Source of the DNA: Candidatus Sericytochromatia bacterium
Lineage (GTDB): Bacteria; Cyanobacteriota; Sericytochromatia; S15B-MN24; VGJW01
Direction of reading: 5' to 3'
DNA length: 64,000 nucleotides
NCBI GenBank assembly: GCA_035285865.1
Contig: JAYKHS010000004.1
Coordinates: forward strand, 64,824-128,823
Numbering within the stretch: the first letter of the stretch is position 1; each line of letters begins with the position of its first letter. The notes below the pieces were generated by a model. The model was not told the origin of the DNA. It was given only the letters and a program-made list of their open reading frames with translations, and did not search any database. Below are positions 38,381 through 48,738 of the stretch, piece after piece. A program made the translations under genes and the position numbers.

Positions 38381-39334
38381 TTATCCGGTCCTGGTCTCCG
38401 TCCCCGGGCGATCCTCTGGCAGGCCCAATGCTTCGCGCATCTCGCCAGCCAACAGGGCCAGGGCGTCGGCGATGGGGGCGCGCCGCCGCCATGACAGCAC
38501 GAGCGTACGCGAGGGTTCGGGCGCGACGAAGCGCCGAATGGCCAGCTCGGCCCGGCTGCCTTCGGTCGCCACCGCCAGTTCGGGCAAGAGGGTCACGCCC
38601 GTGCCCGAAGCCACCATCTGCACCAGCGTAGCGAGGCTCGTGGCCCGGAAAGCCTGTTCCCGCAAACCCGAGCGTGCGCAGAAGCTCAGGATCTGGTCCC
38701 GCAGGCAGTGCCCGTCGTCGAGCAGCAGGACGTCCCTCTCCTGCAGGTCTTCGAGCCGCGCCGGGCCGGAATGCTGACCAAGCGGGTCACCTGCGGCCGT
38801 CGCGAGCAGAAAGGGGTCCGTGGCGACGGTGGCGTGGTCCACGGGACCCAGATCGGCCTCGAGTGCCCAGAGAACGCCTTCGAGGCGACCTGCCTCCAGC
38901 ATCTGGCGCAGGGACGAGGTCCGGTCTTCGGTCCACAGGATGGTCAGCGACGGATGGCGTGCCCGGATCAGGGGGGTGATGCGCGGCAGGGCATAGGCTG
39001 CGACTGTCGGGATGACGCCGAGCCGGAGCGTTCCGGACAAGGGATCGGCCGATCGCCTTGCGGCTCCGACCAGATCGTCCGCGGCCGTCAGCAGGGTTCT
39101 CGCCCGCTCGACGAAGTCGGCTCCGGCCACCGTGATGAGGACGCGACGGCGATCCCGTTCGAACAGCCGCATGCCGAGCGCGGCCTCGACCTGGGCGATC
39201 TGGCTGCTCAGCGAGGGCTGTGCGACGCGGCAGTGGTCGGAGGCCTTGCTGAAGCTCAGCGTATCCGCGACTGCGACGACGTACTGCAGCTGCCGCAGCG
39301 TGAAAGGGTGGATGGGGACTTCTTTCATAGCCAT
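38381..39334 (-). CDS. oxyR: LysR-family H2O2 sensor OxyR
   Basis: LysR HTH; GHCLRDQILSFC redox Cys pair; ATSLATLVQMV. Confidence 0.85.
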   Translation of the reverse strand: MAMKEVPIHPFTLRQLQYVVAVADTLSFSKASDHCRVAQPSLSSQIAQVEAALGMRLFERDRRRVLITVAGADFVERARTLLTAADDLVGAARRSADPLSGTLRLGVIPTVAAYALPRITPLIRARHPSLTILWTEDRTSSLRQMLEAGRLEGVLWALEADLGPVDHATVATDPFLLATAAGDPLGQHSGPARLEDLQERDVLLLDDGHCLRDQILSFCARSGLREQAFRATSLATLVQMVASGTGVTLLPELAVATEGSRAELAIRRFVAPEPSRTLVLSWRRRAPIADALALLAGEMREALGLPEDRPGTETRTG

Positions 39335-39371
39335 GGACTATCGAAAATAGCACATGGATGGCACGCCTGAA

Positions 39372-40919
39372 TCAAAGAAGCGTTGCCCCGGCCAGCACCC
39401 GGGCACGGTGCTGTGCTGCCGCTTCCCGGATTGCCGCCCGTTCGGCCGGGGTCAGGCGTGCCAGATTGCGCACTTGCATCACCATTCTCGGATTATGCGC
39501 CAGCCGGCTTTCATGGCGGTCCAGAAAGTCCCAGTAGAGGGTCGTGAAGGGGCATGCATCCTCACCCGTGCGGCGGTCCGGGCGGTACCGGCACCTCCGG
39601 CAGTGACCGCTCATCCGTTCCAGATACTTGCCGCTCGCCACGTAGGGCTTGCTGGCCATCCGCCCGCCGTCCGCATGCTGGCTCATGCCCAGCGTGTTGG
39701 GCAGCTCGACCCAGGCTACGGCATCGACATGCACGGCGAGGAACCAGCGGTGGATGGCCTCGGGCTGCACGCCCAGCAGCAAGGCATACAGACCCGTCAC
39801 CATCAGGCGCTGGATGTGGTGGGCATAGCCGAGGTCCAGGGTCTGCCGCAACGTGTCCGCGAGGCAAGCCATGTCGGTCTCTCCCGTCCAGTAGAAGGCG
39901 GGCAGCGGGTGATCGGCTCCCAGTTCGTTCAGATGCTCGTATTCCGGCATTCCGAGGTGGTAGATGCCACGGACGTACTCTCGCCAGCCAAGCACCTGGC
40001 GGATGAAGCCCTCGACCGAGGCGAGAGGGGCGTTTCCGTCGCGCCACGCCTGTTGGGCGGCATCGCAGACCTCTCGCGGATTCAGCAGTTTCAGGTTGAG
40101 CGCCGCGGAGAGATGGGCGTGCCACAGCCAAGGCTCTCCCGGCCACATCGCGTCCTGATGCCGCCCGAAGCCAGGCAGACGTTCCCGGATGAAGATCTCC
40201 AGCGCCCCCAGGGCCTGTGCCCGCGTGACGGGCCACGCAAAGGTCGTGAGGTCGCCCGGTCGATCGGGGAACAGCCTGTCGACCATCTCGAGGACCTCGC
40301 CCGTCAGGGCGTCGGGCGGGAAGCGCGCGGGTGCCGGTACGTCCCCGGGCCCGTCGGCTCCGAAGGCTTCCCGGTTCTCCGCATCGTAGTTCCAGTCTCC
40401 GCCGACGGGGGCTTCGCCATCCATCAGGTAGCCCGTCCGACGACGCATTTCCCGGTACCAGTACTCCATGCGCAGTTGCTTGCGGCCGCGGGCGTGTGCC
40501 CGGAAGTCCGCGAGCGTCGAGAAGAAGTGCCTGTCGACGACGACCTCGAGCGGCGTGCCGTGGGTCCGGGCGGCGTGGTCGATGGCCTGCGTCACGCGCC
40601 AGTCGCCGGGCTCGATCACGCGGATGGCGACAGGTTGCCGCGTCTGAAGGGTCTCCTCGAGCGCGTGCGTCAGCGTGGGTGAGGCATCGGGCTCGTCGAG
40701 ACGTCGGTAGTCCACGGTCCAGCCCCTCGCGCCCAGGTCGGCCGCGAAGTGTCGCATGGCCGCGAGAAACATCGCGATGCGTGGTTTGCCCGAAGGGACA
40801 TGGTCGCTCTCCTCCCGCACCTCGGCCATCCAGACCACGTCCTGCGCCGGGTCGAAACCGTCGAAGGCCGCCGAGGCGTGATCCAGCTGGTCGCCGAGGA
40901 CGATCACGAGATTGCGCAT
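39372..40919 (-). CDS. phrB: FeS-cluster bacterial cryptochrome/(6-4) photolyase (PhrB/CryB class)
   Basis: VLGDQL, RMEYWYR, GGDWNYD, GWREY, YAHHIQRLM, KPY; four Cys in MACL, CRRC, CPF. Confidence 0.92.
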   Translation of the reverse strand: MRNLVIVLGDQLDHASAAFDGFDPAQDVVWMAEVREESDHVPSGKPRIAMFLAAMRHFAADLGARGWTVDYRRLDEPDASPTLTHALEETLQTRQPVAIRVIEPGDWRVTQAIDHAARTHGTPLEVVVDRHFFSTLADFRAHARGRKQLRMEYWYREMRRRTGYLMDGEAPVGGDWNYDAENREAFGADGPGDVPAPARFPPDALTGEVLEMVDRLFPDRPGDLTTFAWPVTRAQALGALEIFIRERLPGFGRHQDAMWPGEPWLWHAHLSAALNLKLLNPREVCDAAQQAWRDGNAPLASVEGFIRQVLGWREYVRGIYHLGMPEYEHLNELGADHPLPAFYWTGETDMACLADTLRQTLDLGYAHHIQRLMVTGLYALLLGVQPEAIHRWFLAVHVDAVAWVELPNTLGMSQHADGGRMASKPYVASGKYLERMSGHCRRCRYRPDRRTGEDACPFTTLYWDFLDRHESRLAHNPRMVMQVRNLARLTPAERAAIREAAAQHRARVLAGATLL

Positions 40920-40937
40920 GGGGGGCACCGGATGTTC

Positions 40938-42941
40938 CTAGCTGCCTGCGAATATCTGGTAGCCGCGCGCGAGGGCCTCACGCGGGCCGACGAGGTAAAC
41001 CAGGTCCCCGACCGCGAACCGGTACTCGGCCGGCATGTCGCGCATCAGGTTGCCATCTCGTCGGCACGCCACGATCCGCAATTCGTTCCCCACACGATCC
41101 AACAGGTGGCGTGCAGGCTTGCCCGCGATCCGACTATCTTCCTCGACACGGACCGACAGCATCTGCAGGTCCTCGTCCGAGGGAGCCTCGTCGAGGTCGA
41201 CGTCCAAGGGGCCCGTCCCAAGTCTGCGCGCGGGGTGGGCACCCGTCCGGATGGCCTGGACCCTGCTGCCGATGAGGGGCCGGGGAACCCCCATCCAGCG
41301 CAGCACGCGGGCGATGACCTCGACGGCCCCCTCGACTTCCTCGGCCACGACGTCCTGGGCACCAAGGCGAAGCAGCGGATCGCGCTCCAGCAGGAACCGG
41401 GTGCGCATCACGATGGGGACCGTGGGGGCCAGCCGTCTCACCGAGCTGACGACACGCTGGGCGGCCTGCAGGTCGTTCATCAGCAGGACGACCATCCGCG
41501 CCCGAGTCAGGCCTGCGTGATCGAGCGCCTCGGGGCTGGTGGCGTCCGCATAGTAGACCGGGAGGCCCAAGGCGCGGCCGGACTTGACCCGATCCGAGTT
41601 GAGCTCGAGGACGACGACGGGCAGGTGGCTGGCCTGAAGGGCCTGGGTCGTCAGTCGGCCCGCAAGGCCCATGCCGACCACGATGACATGGTCGGCGAGT
41701 GGGGTCGGGGACTCGGCCAGCTCGTCGATGCCCCGGGCGCCAAGCAAGCGTTCCAACCCCGACAGCAGGCGCTCTCCGGCGGTGATGTGGGGGGCCATCC
41801 GGGCCAGCAGGGGCGTCAGGACCATGGAGAGGATGCCGGCCGTCAGCCACGGCGCCGTCTCGGCCCGGGTAACGACGCCCTCTTCCTGAGCCACGCGTAT
41901 CAGCACGAAGCCGAACTCCCCGAACTGCGCGAGGCCGACGCCGGCCAGCCACGCGATACGTGACGGGAAGCGCATCGCCATGGCCGCGAGCGTGGCGAGG
42001 ATACCCTTGCCCATCAGGAAGGCGACCAGCAGGCTGCCCACGAGGACGGGTTCGCGCGTCAGCATCGCCGGCTCGAAGAGCATGCCCAGCGACACGAAGA
42101 ACAGGCTGACGAAGGCATCCCGCAGCGGGAGGATCTCGCCGAGTGCGCGATGACCGTGCTCGGTCTCGGCCACCATCATGCCGGCAAGGAAAGCCCCGAG
42201 GGCCAGAGAGAGCTGGAATTGGGCCGTGAGCCAGGCCGCGCCGGTGCAAAGGCCCAGAATGGCCAGCAGGAAGACCTCCCGGCTGTTGCTGCCGTCCACG
42301 AAGGCCAGCAGGCGCGGAATGACGAGGCGCGAGGCCAGGATGGTCCCGGCGACCAGCAGGGTGGCACGGGCGAGGACCCAGCCGAGTTCGGTCCACGGCG
42401 CCAGTGGGGTCGACGGTCCGCTGCTGCCGGCAAGGAGCGGGATGACGAGGACCATCGGCACCACGCAAAGGTCCTGGAACAGGAGCGTACCGACGATGAA
42501 GCGACCATGCGGGGCATCCAGCTCGCGGCGATCCGACAGGGCCCGCAGGACGATGGCCGTGCTCGAGAGCGCCATCACGAAGCCGAGCAGGACGGCCTTG
42601 GGCCAAGCCACGCCAAGGCAGGCGGCCAAGCCGGTGGTCACCGCGGTGGTCAGCGCGACCTGCAGCAGACCCCCGACCGCAACCTGGCGCAAGATGTCCT
42701 TGAGTCGTGCCAGCGAGAACTCGAGGCCGATCGAGAAGAGCAGCAGAACCACGCCCATCTCGGCCAGGACCTCGATGGCTTCCGCAGAGTGGGCCCAGGC
42801 CAGGCCATAGGGGCCCACCAGCGCGCCTGCGGCCAGCAGGCCGGCCGTGGTGGGCCACCGCAACCTGGCCAGCAAAGCCGTGACCCCCACCGCCACGAGG
42901 GCGACGAGGGCCAGTTGATCGAGTATCGGTATGCTGGCCAA
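40938..42941 (-). CDS. CPA2 cation:proton antiporter (KefB/YbaL-like) with TrkA-N and TrkA-C domains
   Basis: LLLFSIGLE, LSSTAIV, LLFQD, GEFGFV, HVIVVGMG..G. Confidence 0.9.
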   Translation of the reverse strand: MASIPILDQLALVALVAVGVTALLARLRWPTTAGLLAAGALVGPYGLAWAHSAEAIEVLAEMGVVLLLFSIGLEFSLARLKDILRQVAVGGLLQVALTTAVTTGLAACLGVAWPKAVLLGFVMALSSTAIVLRALSDRRELDAPHGRFIVGTLLFQDLCVVPMVLVIPLLAGSSGPSTPLAPWTELGWVLARATLLVAGTILASRLVIPRLLAFVDGSNSREVFLLAILGLCTGAAWLTAQFQLSLALGAFLAGMMVAETEHGHRALGEILPLRDAFVSLFFVSLGMLFEPAMLTREPVLVGSLLVAFLMGKGILATLAAMAMRFPSRIAWLAGVGLAQFGEFGFVLIRVAQEEGVVTRAETAPWLTAGILSMVLTPLLARMAPHITAGERLLSGLERLLGARGIDELAESPTPLADHVIVVGMGLAGRLTTQALQASHLPVVVLELNSDRVKSGRALGLPVYYADATSPEALDHAGLTRARMVVLLMNDLQAAQRVVSSVRRLAPTVPIVMRTRFLLERDPLLRLGAQDVVAEEVEGAVEVIARVLRWMGVPRPLIGSRVQAIRTGAHPARRLGTGPLDVDLDEAPSDEDLQMLSVRVEEDSRIAGKPARHLLDRVGNELRIVACRRDGNLMRDMPAEYRFAVGDLVYLVGPREALARGYQIFAGS

Positions 42942-42942
42942 A

Positions 42943-43569
42943 TCAGCTCTGGTAGATATCCATCACCTTGCGCACATAGGCACGCGTCTCGGCGAAGGGA
43001 GGGATGCCTCCATAGTATGCGACGTTGCCGCCGCCGGCATTGTAGGCGGCCAGCGCCAACCGCTTGTTGCCGTCGAAGCGGTCGAGCTGCTGCTTCAGGT
43101 AGGTCGCTCCGCCTCGCAGCGACTGTCGCGGATCCGAACGGTTCGTCACGCCCAGTTCCGCCGCGGTATCGGGCATCAGTTGCGTCAGGCCCTTGGCACC
43201 GACCCATGAGACGGCGTTCGGGTTGCCCTGAGACTCGGCCTGAACGAGCGAGGCCAACAGCTTGGGGTCGATGCCGGCGCGGGCAGCTTCTTCCTGAATC
43301 ATCGGCCACCAGCGGCGCACCGCAGGCTCGAGGCCTGCCGGAACAGCCGCCTGATCGGCTCGGGCGGCATTGGACAGAATCAGGGCATCCCGGCCCGGAT
43401 TCGGGCGCTCCTCGGCCTTGGCGCCGGGCAGCCTCAGCATCTCGCCCGCGACGATGGTGTGCGCGTCCTGCAGTTGCGGATTGGCCGCCGCAAAGCTGCG
43501 GACGTCCGTGCCGTAGCGCCGGGCCAGGCTGTAGAGCGTGTCGCCCTGCTGGATGCGGTGCTGGGTCAC
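42943..43569 (-). CDS. LysM plus SLT lytic transglycosylase
   Basis: GDTLYSLARRYG; AES, GAKGLTQLMP.TA, ALAAYNAG, ETRAYV. Confidence 0.9.
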   Translation of the reverse strand: MTQHRIQQGDTLYSLARRYGTDVRSFAAANPQLQDAHTIVAGEMLRLPGAKAEERPNPGRDALILSNAARADQAAVPAGLEPAVRRWWPMIQEEAARAGIDPKLLASLVQAESQGNPNAVSWVGAKGLTQLMPDTAAELGVTNRSDPRQSLRGGATYLKQQLDRFDGNKRLALAAYNAGGGNVAYYGGIPPFAETRAYVRKVMDIYQS

Positions 43570-43681
43570 GGTTCAGTCCTCGGGGAAGTGCCGGGTGTGC
43601 TGTGGGTCTATCGCGATGTTCGCTGGCGTTTGTGAAACATTTGACGTCCCTTTAATATTGAGGGGCCTTCTGGAGAAGCAC

Positions 43682-44989
43682 ATGCCTCTGTCCGTGGTGT
43701 GGTACCGGCAAGACCTGAGAACCGTTGACCACCTGCCCCTCTCGAGGGCGGTGTCCAGCGGCCTACCCCTCCTCTGTGTCTTCGTGGCGGATGCGCGCCT
43801 CGAGGCCCGGGATCCGCTGGGCTTTCCTCGCGTGGGACCTTGGCGACGCCGTTTCCTGCAGCAGTGCCTCGCCGATCTGGACCAGGCGTTGCGTGCGTGG
43901 GGGCACCGGTTGCATGTGATCCCGGGCGAGCCTGAAGAGGTCCTGCCGCGGTTGCTTGCGGCGGGGGGCGGTGGTCGCGTCTTCGCCCATCGGGAGCCGG
44001 GCACCGAAGAGGCGGCGCAGGAGCGGGCGCTCGAGGCGCTTGTTCCGGTGGACTGGGCCTGGGGACGGACCTTGTTGCATCCGGAAGATCTCCCCTTCGA
44101 CGTGGCAGAGCTGCCGCGGGTCTTCTCGGACTTTCGCCGCAAGGTCGAAGGAGCGGTGCCGGTTCGAGCCGTCTTGCCGGCTCCCGCGCTGCAACAGGTG
44201 CAGTCTGCGGTGCTGCCGAGCGGTTTCGGGTACGGTGGCGCGCGATTGGCGCAGGGAGACGCGGTGACGGGATCCGGAGCCGGATTCCTCGGTGGACGCG
44301 CCGCCGGGCTCGAACGTTTGCAGCGGGTGGTGGGGACGGCCGGGGTCCTGACGCACTACAAGGCCACGCGTGATGCATTGATGGGTCAGGACAGTGCGAC
44401 GCGCCTGTCGCCCTGGCTCTCCGCCGGAGCGTTGAGTCCCCGCGAGGTCGAAGCGGCTTGCATGGCCATGGACCCGGATGCTCCGCTTGGCCCCGACCGG
44501 GCCTGGTTCCTGATGGAGTTGCTCTGGAGGGATTTCTTCCAATTCGTGGCCCTGCAGCAGGGTGCACGCTTGTTTCGGAACTCTGGCTTCGGCATGTCGC
44601 GACACAAGCTTGTCCGGCGGTGGCTCACGGACGACCGGGAACCGGCTTTGGCGTTCGCGGCATGGCGCGAGGGGCGTACCGGAGAGCCGATGGTGGATGC
44701 CGCGATGCGAGAACTGGCTGCCACCGGCTGGTTGTCCAATCGCGCCCGACAGTTGGCCGCGTGGAGTCTTGCCCGCAGGACCACCGTGCCGTGGACATGG
44801 GGGGCGCGCTGGTTCTCGTCCTGCCTCGTCGATGACGATGTGGCCAGCAACTGGGGGAACTGGGCCTATCTGGCAGGGGTGGGCAACGACCCTCGACCGG
44901 ATCGCCACTTCGACATGGAGTGGCAAGCCGCACGGCACGACCCGGACGGGGCGTGGCGCAAACTCTGGGGGACGTGGTCCGGTCAGTAG
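43682..44989 (+). CDS. Cryptochrome DASH
   Basis: WYRQDLR..D, ELLWRDFF, MRELAATGWLSNR, NWGNWAYLAGVGNDPR. Confidence 0.85.
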   Translation: MPLSVVWYRQDLRTVDHLPLSRAVSSGLPLLCVFVADARLEARDPLGFPRVGPWRRRFLQQCLADLDQALRAWGHRLHVIPGEPEEVLPRLLAAGGGGRVFAHREPGTEEAAQERALEALVPVDWAWGRTLLHPEDLPFDVAELPRVFSDFRRKVEGAVPVRAVLPAPALQQVQSAVLPSGFGYGGARLAQGDAVTGSGAGFLGGRAAGLERLQRVVGTAGVLTHYKATRDALMGQDSATRLSPWLSAGALSPREVEAACMAMDPDAPLGPDRAWFLMELLWRDFFQFVALQQGARLFRNSGFGMSRHKLVRRWLTDDREPALAFAAWREGRTGEPMVDAAMRELAATGWLSNRARQLAAWSLARRTTVPWTWGARWFSSCLVDDDVASNWGNWAYLAGVGNDPRPDRHFDMEWQAARHDPDGAWRKLWGTWSGQ

Positions 44990-45444
44990 GGACGCGTATT
45001 GCGCAGCTGTTGGTGGACCAGCACCGCCTGACACGCGGCGGTTCCGAGCGAGCCGCCCACGACCGCTCCCGCACCGCGGCCGAGCAAGGCACCGAGGATG
45101 GCTCCGGGCAGTGCGCACGGCAGGCTCCCGCGGAGCACATCGGCGTCGTGGTTGACCTCATCGTCCGTGGCCGTCACGACGCCCTCGATCCGCTTGCCTT
45201 CCACCTCGAGGAGCAGGCGGTCGCCCTCGCGTGCCGTCCGGCCAGGCATGGACGTGCGCGAGAGCAACCACGTGTCGCCCGCGCTCCGGAGCACGAGATT
45301 GTCCTGACCGTCCTTCCGCGCCAGTCGTGTCTCTTCGGCAACGGTCTCGGGCGAGAGGCGCCGGGCCATCACGTCCAGGCCCGGAAGGGGGAGGTTGGAG
45401 GGCCGAGTGATGCGCGCGGGGACAGGACCGGAGACGAGAGGCAC
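44983..45444 (-). CDS. Hypothetical protein with glycine zipper
   Basis: GAILGALLGRGAGAVVGG; similar to 30723..31277. Confidence 0.55.
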   Translation of the reverse strand: MPLVSGPVPARITRPSNLPLPGLDVMARRLSPETVAEETRLARKDGQDNLVLRSAGDTWLLSRTSMPGRTAREGDRLLLEVEGKRIEGVVTATDDEVNHDADVLRGSLPCALPGAILGALLGRGAGAVVGGSLGTAACQAVLVHQQLRNTRPY

Positions 45445-45608
45445 GACGGAGAACTCCCTATTTTCGTGGTTCGCGCAGAGGGCGCACGGGTCGATGGTGA
45501 TGCTCTTTCATCGATTCACGTGCGCTGGCCAATGCCCAAGAAATCACCATGGCAGGACCAAGAAATGGTTAACCGGCAGACACGCAGGGCCAGCCTTCGG
45601 TCGAGACG

Positions 45609-47813
45609 CTACTTCATCTGCCAGAAGACGTCCGGCACCCGGACCCTTCGAATCGTGCCACTGCCAGAATCCGACACGAGGATTTCGCCCTCGCGGGTGG
45701 TGGTGATCGCCGCGGGCCAGAAGAAACGTGCGAGGGCTCCCAGCCCATCGCTCTCGCCCCTGCTGCCCCCGGCAAGGGAGTTGAGCGTGCCATCCGGCCA
45801 GATCACGGCCAAGCGATTCTGTTCGTCATCGACGGCCAGCACGCTACCGCCCGGTCCGGGTTCGAGCGCCGAGATCGCCTTCATGTCACGCACCTGGGTG
45901 CCGTTCGGACCGATCAGCCACGGCGTCTCGAGCGTCCGCCAGAGTTCGAGGACCGTTTGCACCTTGCCGTCCCGCAGACGGCGCAGGCGCCGTCCATCCC
46001 CGTCGGCGATCCAGATCGTGTCGTCCCGGGCTTCCACGGCATCCCGAGGCGACGCGAGTCTCGCGTAGGCGAGGGGACCATCGCGCTGACCCGCCATGCC
46101 ATCGCCCACGAGCGTGCTGACGAGGCCGTCCGCAGTCACGCGCCTCAAGGCATTGTTGAGCTTGTCCGTGACCAGCAGGCTGCCATCGGCCATCCTCGCG
46201 ACGGCATTGGGGCCGGCAAAGCGCGCCTGTGGTCCCGGACCGTCCGCAAATCCGGCGACGGAGTTGGTGCCGGCCAGCGTCGTGACGCTGCTGTCCGGAG
46301 CGATGCGGCGGATGCTGAAGTTGTAGTAGTCCGCCACATAGGCCACGCCTCCCGGACCCGCGGCGATCCCGCGCGGGTTCCAGAACATGGCCTGATCGCC
46401 CGGGCCGTCGGCGAAGCCCGGTTTCTTCGGTATGCCTGCCAGCGTACCCACCTTGCCGAGTGCAAGGTCCACCGTTCGGACGCAATGGTTGCTTGCATCA
46501 ACGGCCAGGATCCGGCCCGACTCCGTTGTCGTCATGCCGTAGGTGTCCGAGAACAGGGCCTCGCGCAGGGCGCCGTCCGCGTGGCCCGAGTAGTTGGCAC
46601 CGGCCACGGTCGTGACCTCGGGCTGTTCCGGCAGCACCAGCACGCTGAGCGTCGCGGCAATCCCGCCCGTCTGTGCCCGGGCCAGATAGCGGCCGGGGCG
46701 CGCCATCCGGACAGAGTCGCTCGAGACGGTGACCTCGGTGTCCGCGAAGGTCCAGCGAAGGTCGACGGTCGTCGCCGTCAACAGGTTGCCGAGCAGGCCG
46801 AAGGTCCTGAGGGCCAGGGGCTGTCCTGGCGTACGGGTGAGGTCTCCCAACTCCAGATCGTTGCCCAGAGTATCGAAGAACAAGCTCTCGGTTGCCTCGG
46901 ACGCGAGGCCACCGACCTGGACCTGGAGGCTGCCCGAGGTGATGCCTCGGGGCACCATGAAGCGCAGGCGGTTGTCGGACAAGCGGTCCACGCGGGTGGC
47001 TTCGAGACCGGCCACCGTGACCGCGACGGCAAGACCTTCGCTGGCACCGAAGTATTCACCTGTCAGCGTCACCCATTCCCCCACGGCGGCAATCGGGGGT
47101 TGGATGGCCTTGATGCGGGGCGGATTCGCGAGCAGCGCGAGGTCGGGGACGGAGAGGATATCGCCGGAGCGCACGGCGAGGCCCGCGACCCTGGCACGTC
47201 CGAGGCCTGTCCGGCCGGCAACGAGCGTGAAGGTCCCTTCGGCCACGCCATCGAGCACGTATCGGCCCGACTCGTCGCATTTGGCCGCATAGGCGGAGCC
47301 GGGGACGTACACGTCGACCCCCTCGAAGTTCGTGACGGTCGGGACGCCCGGCAGGGTAATCCTGCCCCGAAGGGAGCCCGGAGGTTTGAGGAGGAGCGCG
47401 CCCAGGTCGCCGGAGGCCGCCGTGAGGCCGGGCCGCCAGGCCTTGGTCGTGGCATCCCGGGACGTTACCTCGAGGTTCACGGCACTGCTCGGCGCAAGAT
47501 CCAGTCGGAAGGTGCCGTCGGCTGCCGTGACGGTCGTGCGGGTGGCCGAGAGGGTGCGTCTGCCCGCCGCCCCATGGGCGACGAGGCTGTCCGGGGCTGT
47601 CGCCAGATCCGTGGCGGAATCGATCGGAAAGGTGCGCACGACGGCACCGGCCACCGGTACGCCGGAGGTATCCAGGACCAGCCCCGAGACCTGTTCCGTG
47701 GCCGTTGCCCCGAGGGCTCCGTCGCGTGTGGCCAGAGCCGTGACCGGCGTGCATCCGGCCGACGCGAGCAGCATCATCGCCACGAGGTTGCGGGACAGCA
47801 CCATGCGGTTCAC
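45609..47813 (-). CDS. Surface lipoprotein with carboxypeptidase-regulatory-like, IPT/TIG and NHL-repeat domains
   Basis: ASAGC lipobox; PRI..I.P...VTLTG.YFG (IPT); repeated GFADG...ARF..P.GIA...YVAD..N..IR. Confidence 0.85.
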   Translation of the reverse strand: MNRMVLSRNLVAMMLLASAGCTPVTALATRDGALGATATEQVSGLVLDTSGVPVAGAVVRTFPIDSATDLATAPDSLVAHGAAGRRTLSATRTTVTAADGTFRLDLAPSSAVNLEVTSRDATTKAWRPGLTAASGDLGALLLKPPGSLRGRITLPGVPTVTNFEGVDVYVPGSAYAAKCDESGRYVLDGVAEGTFTLVAGRTGLGRARVAGLAVRSGDILSVPDLALLANPPRIKAIQPPIAAVGEWVTLTGEYFGASEGLAVAVTVAGLEATRVDRLSDNRLRFMVPRGITSGSLQVQVGGLASEATESLFFDTLGNDLELGDLTRTPGQPLALRTFGLLGNLLTATTVDLRWTFADTEVTVSSDSVRMARPGRYLARAQTGGIAATLSVLVLPEQPEVTTVAGANYSGHADGALREALFSDTYGMTTTESGRILAVDASNHCVRTVDLALGKVGTLAGIPKKPGFADGPGDQAMFWNPRGIAAGPGGVAYVADYYNFSIRRIAPDSSVTTLAGTNSVAGFADGPGPQARFAGPNAVARMADGSLLVTDKLNNALRRVTADGLVSTLVGDGMAGQRDGPLAYARLASPRDAVEARDDTIWIADGDGRRLRRLRDGKVQTVLELWRTLETPWLIGPNGTQVRDMKAISALEPGPGGSVLAVDDEQNRLAVIWPDGTLNSLAGGSRGESDGLGALARFFWPAAITTTREGEILVSDSGSGTIRRVRVPDVFWQMK

Positions 47814-47862
47814 GCTCCCTGAGAGCGCCGTCGGGCTAACCGGCCCACGAGGTTACGGGCGT

Positions 47863-48738
47863 TCAGGATTCGAGGCCCCGGATGGTCCGCACGATCGTCG
47901 CCGGCGCTTCCTCAGGGACGAAATGGCCGCAGCGAGTCAGCTCCCGGACGAGGGCGGAGGGGAAGACCTCGCGCCAGCGGTCGAGAAAGCGCCGGCCCAG
48001 CCAGGGATCGCCAAGGCCCCAGATGATGTCCATCGGCAGGGCCGCGAGGCGGTCGCGGTGGTTCCAGATTCCGGCGTAGTATCGGTCTTCGGTCACGAGG
48101 GCTCGCGCGGCGGCAAGCGTGCCGACTCGGCGTCGGCGTCCGGCGAGGGCATCCAGATAGTGGCCGTGGACATGTCGATGGAGGCGTCCGCGATCTCTGA
48201 TGGCGAGCGGCATCAGCCAGCGTGTCGACAAGTCCGCATCCAGGTAGAGCCATTCGGCGAGCCTGCTGGTCAGGAATTTTCGGAGCAGGTCGTGCCCGGA
48301 TTCCCCGCCAAGCGGCCAGCACCAGGAATTCAGGACCACGAGGCGCGCGATCGGGGAAGGTGCCAGCAGGGCGAGCGGCAGGCCTACGGGGCCCCCGATA
48401 TCGTGCAGCACCAGCGTGATCTCCCGAAGGCCGAGGTGCGCCACCAGCGCGGCGAGGCGCCGGGTATGGTCGCCCGGGCGCAGCCGGTCTGCCGCGGGCA
48501 CGTCCGACAGGCCGAATCCCAGCATGTCGGGCGCGATGACGCGATGGTCGAGCGACAGATCCGTGATGACCTCGCGCCACGTGAAGGACCAGCCCGGGGA
48601 GCCGTGCAACAACAGCACCACGGGCCCTTCGCCCTGATCCACATAGCTCATCTGACCGTCGGGCGTCTCGAAACGCCGAGGCCGGAAGGGATAGAGCTCG
48701 CGATCCAGCCAGGGAGGCAGGTTCGGACGCGCGCTCAC
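47863..48738 (-). CDS. Alpha/beta hydrolase (haloalkane dehalogenase/OleB-like)
   Basis: LLHGSPGWS, HDIGG, WGLGD, GHFVPEE. Confidence 0.85.
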   Translation of the reverse strand: MSARPNLPPWLDRELYPFRPRRFETPDGQMSYVDQGEGPVVLLLHGSPGWSFTWREVITDLSLDHRVIAPDMLGFGLSDVPAADRLRPGDHTRRLAALVAHLGLREITLVLHDIGGPVGLPLALLAPSPIARLVVLNSWCWPLGGESGHDLLRKFLTSRLAEWLYLDADLSTRWLMPLAIRDRGRLHRHVHGHYLDALAGRRRRVGTLAAARALVTEDRYYAGIWNHRDRLAALPMDIIWGLGDPWLGRRFLDRWREVFPSALVRELTRCGHFVPEEAPATIVRTIRGLES

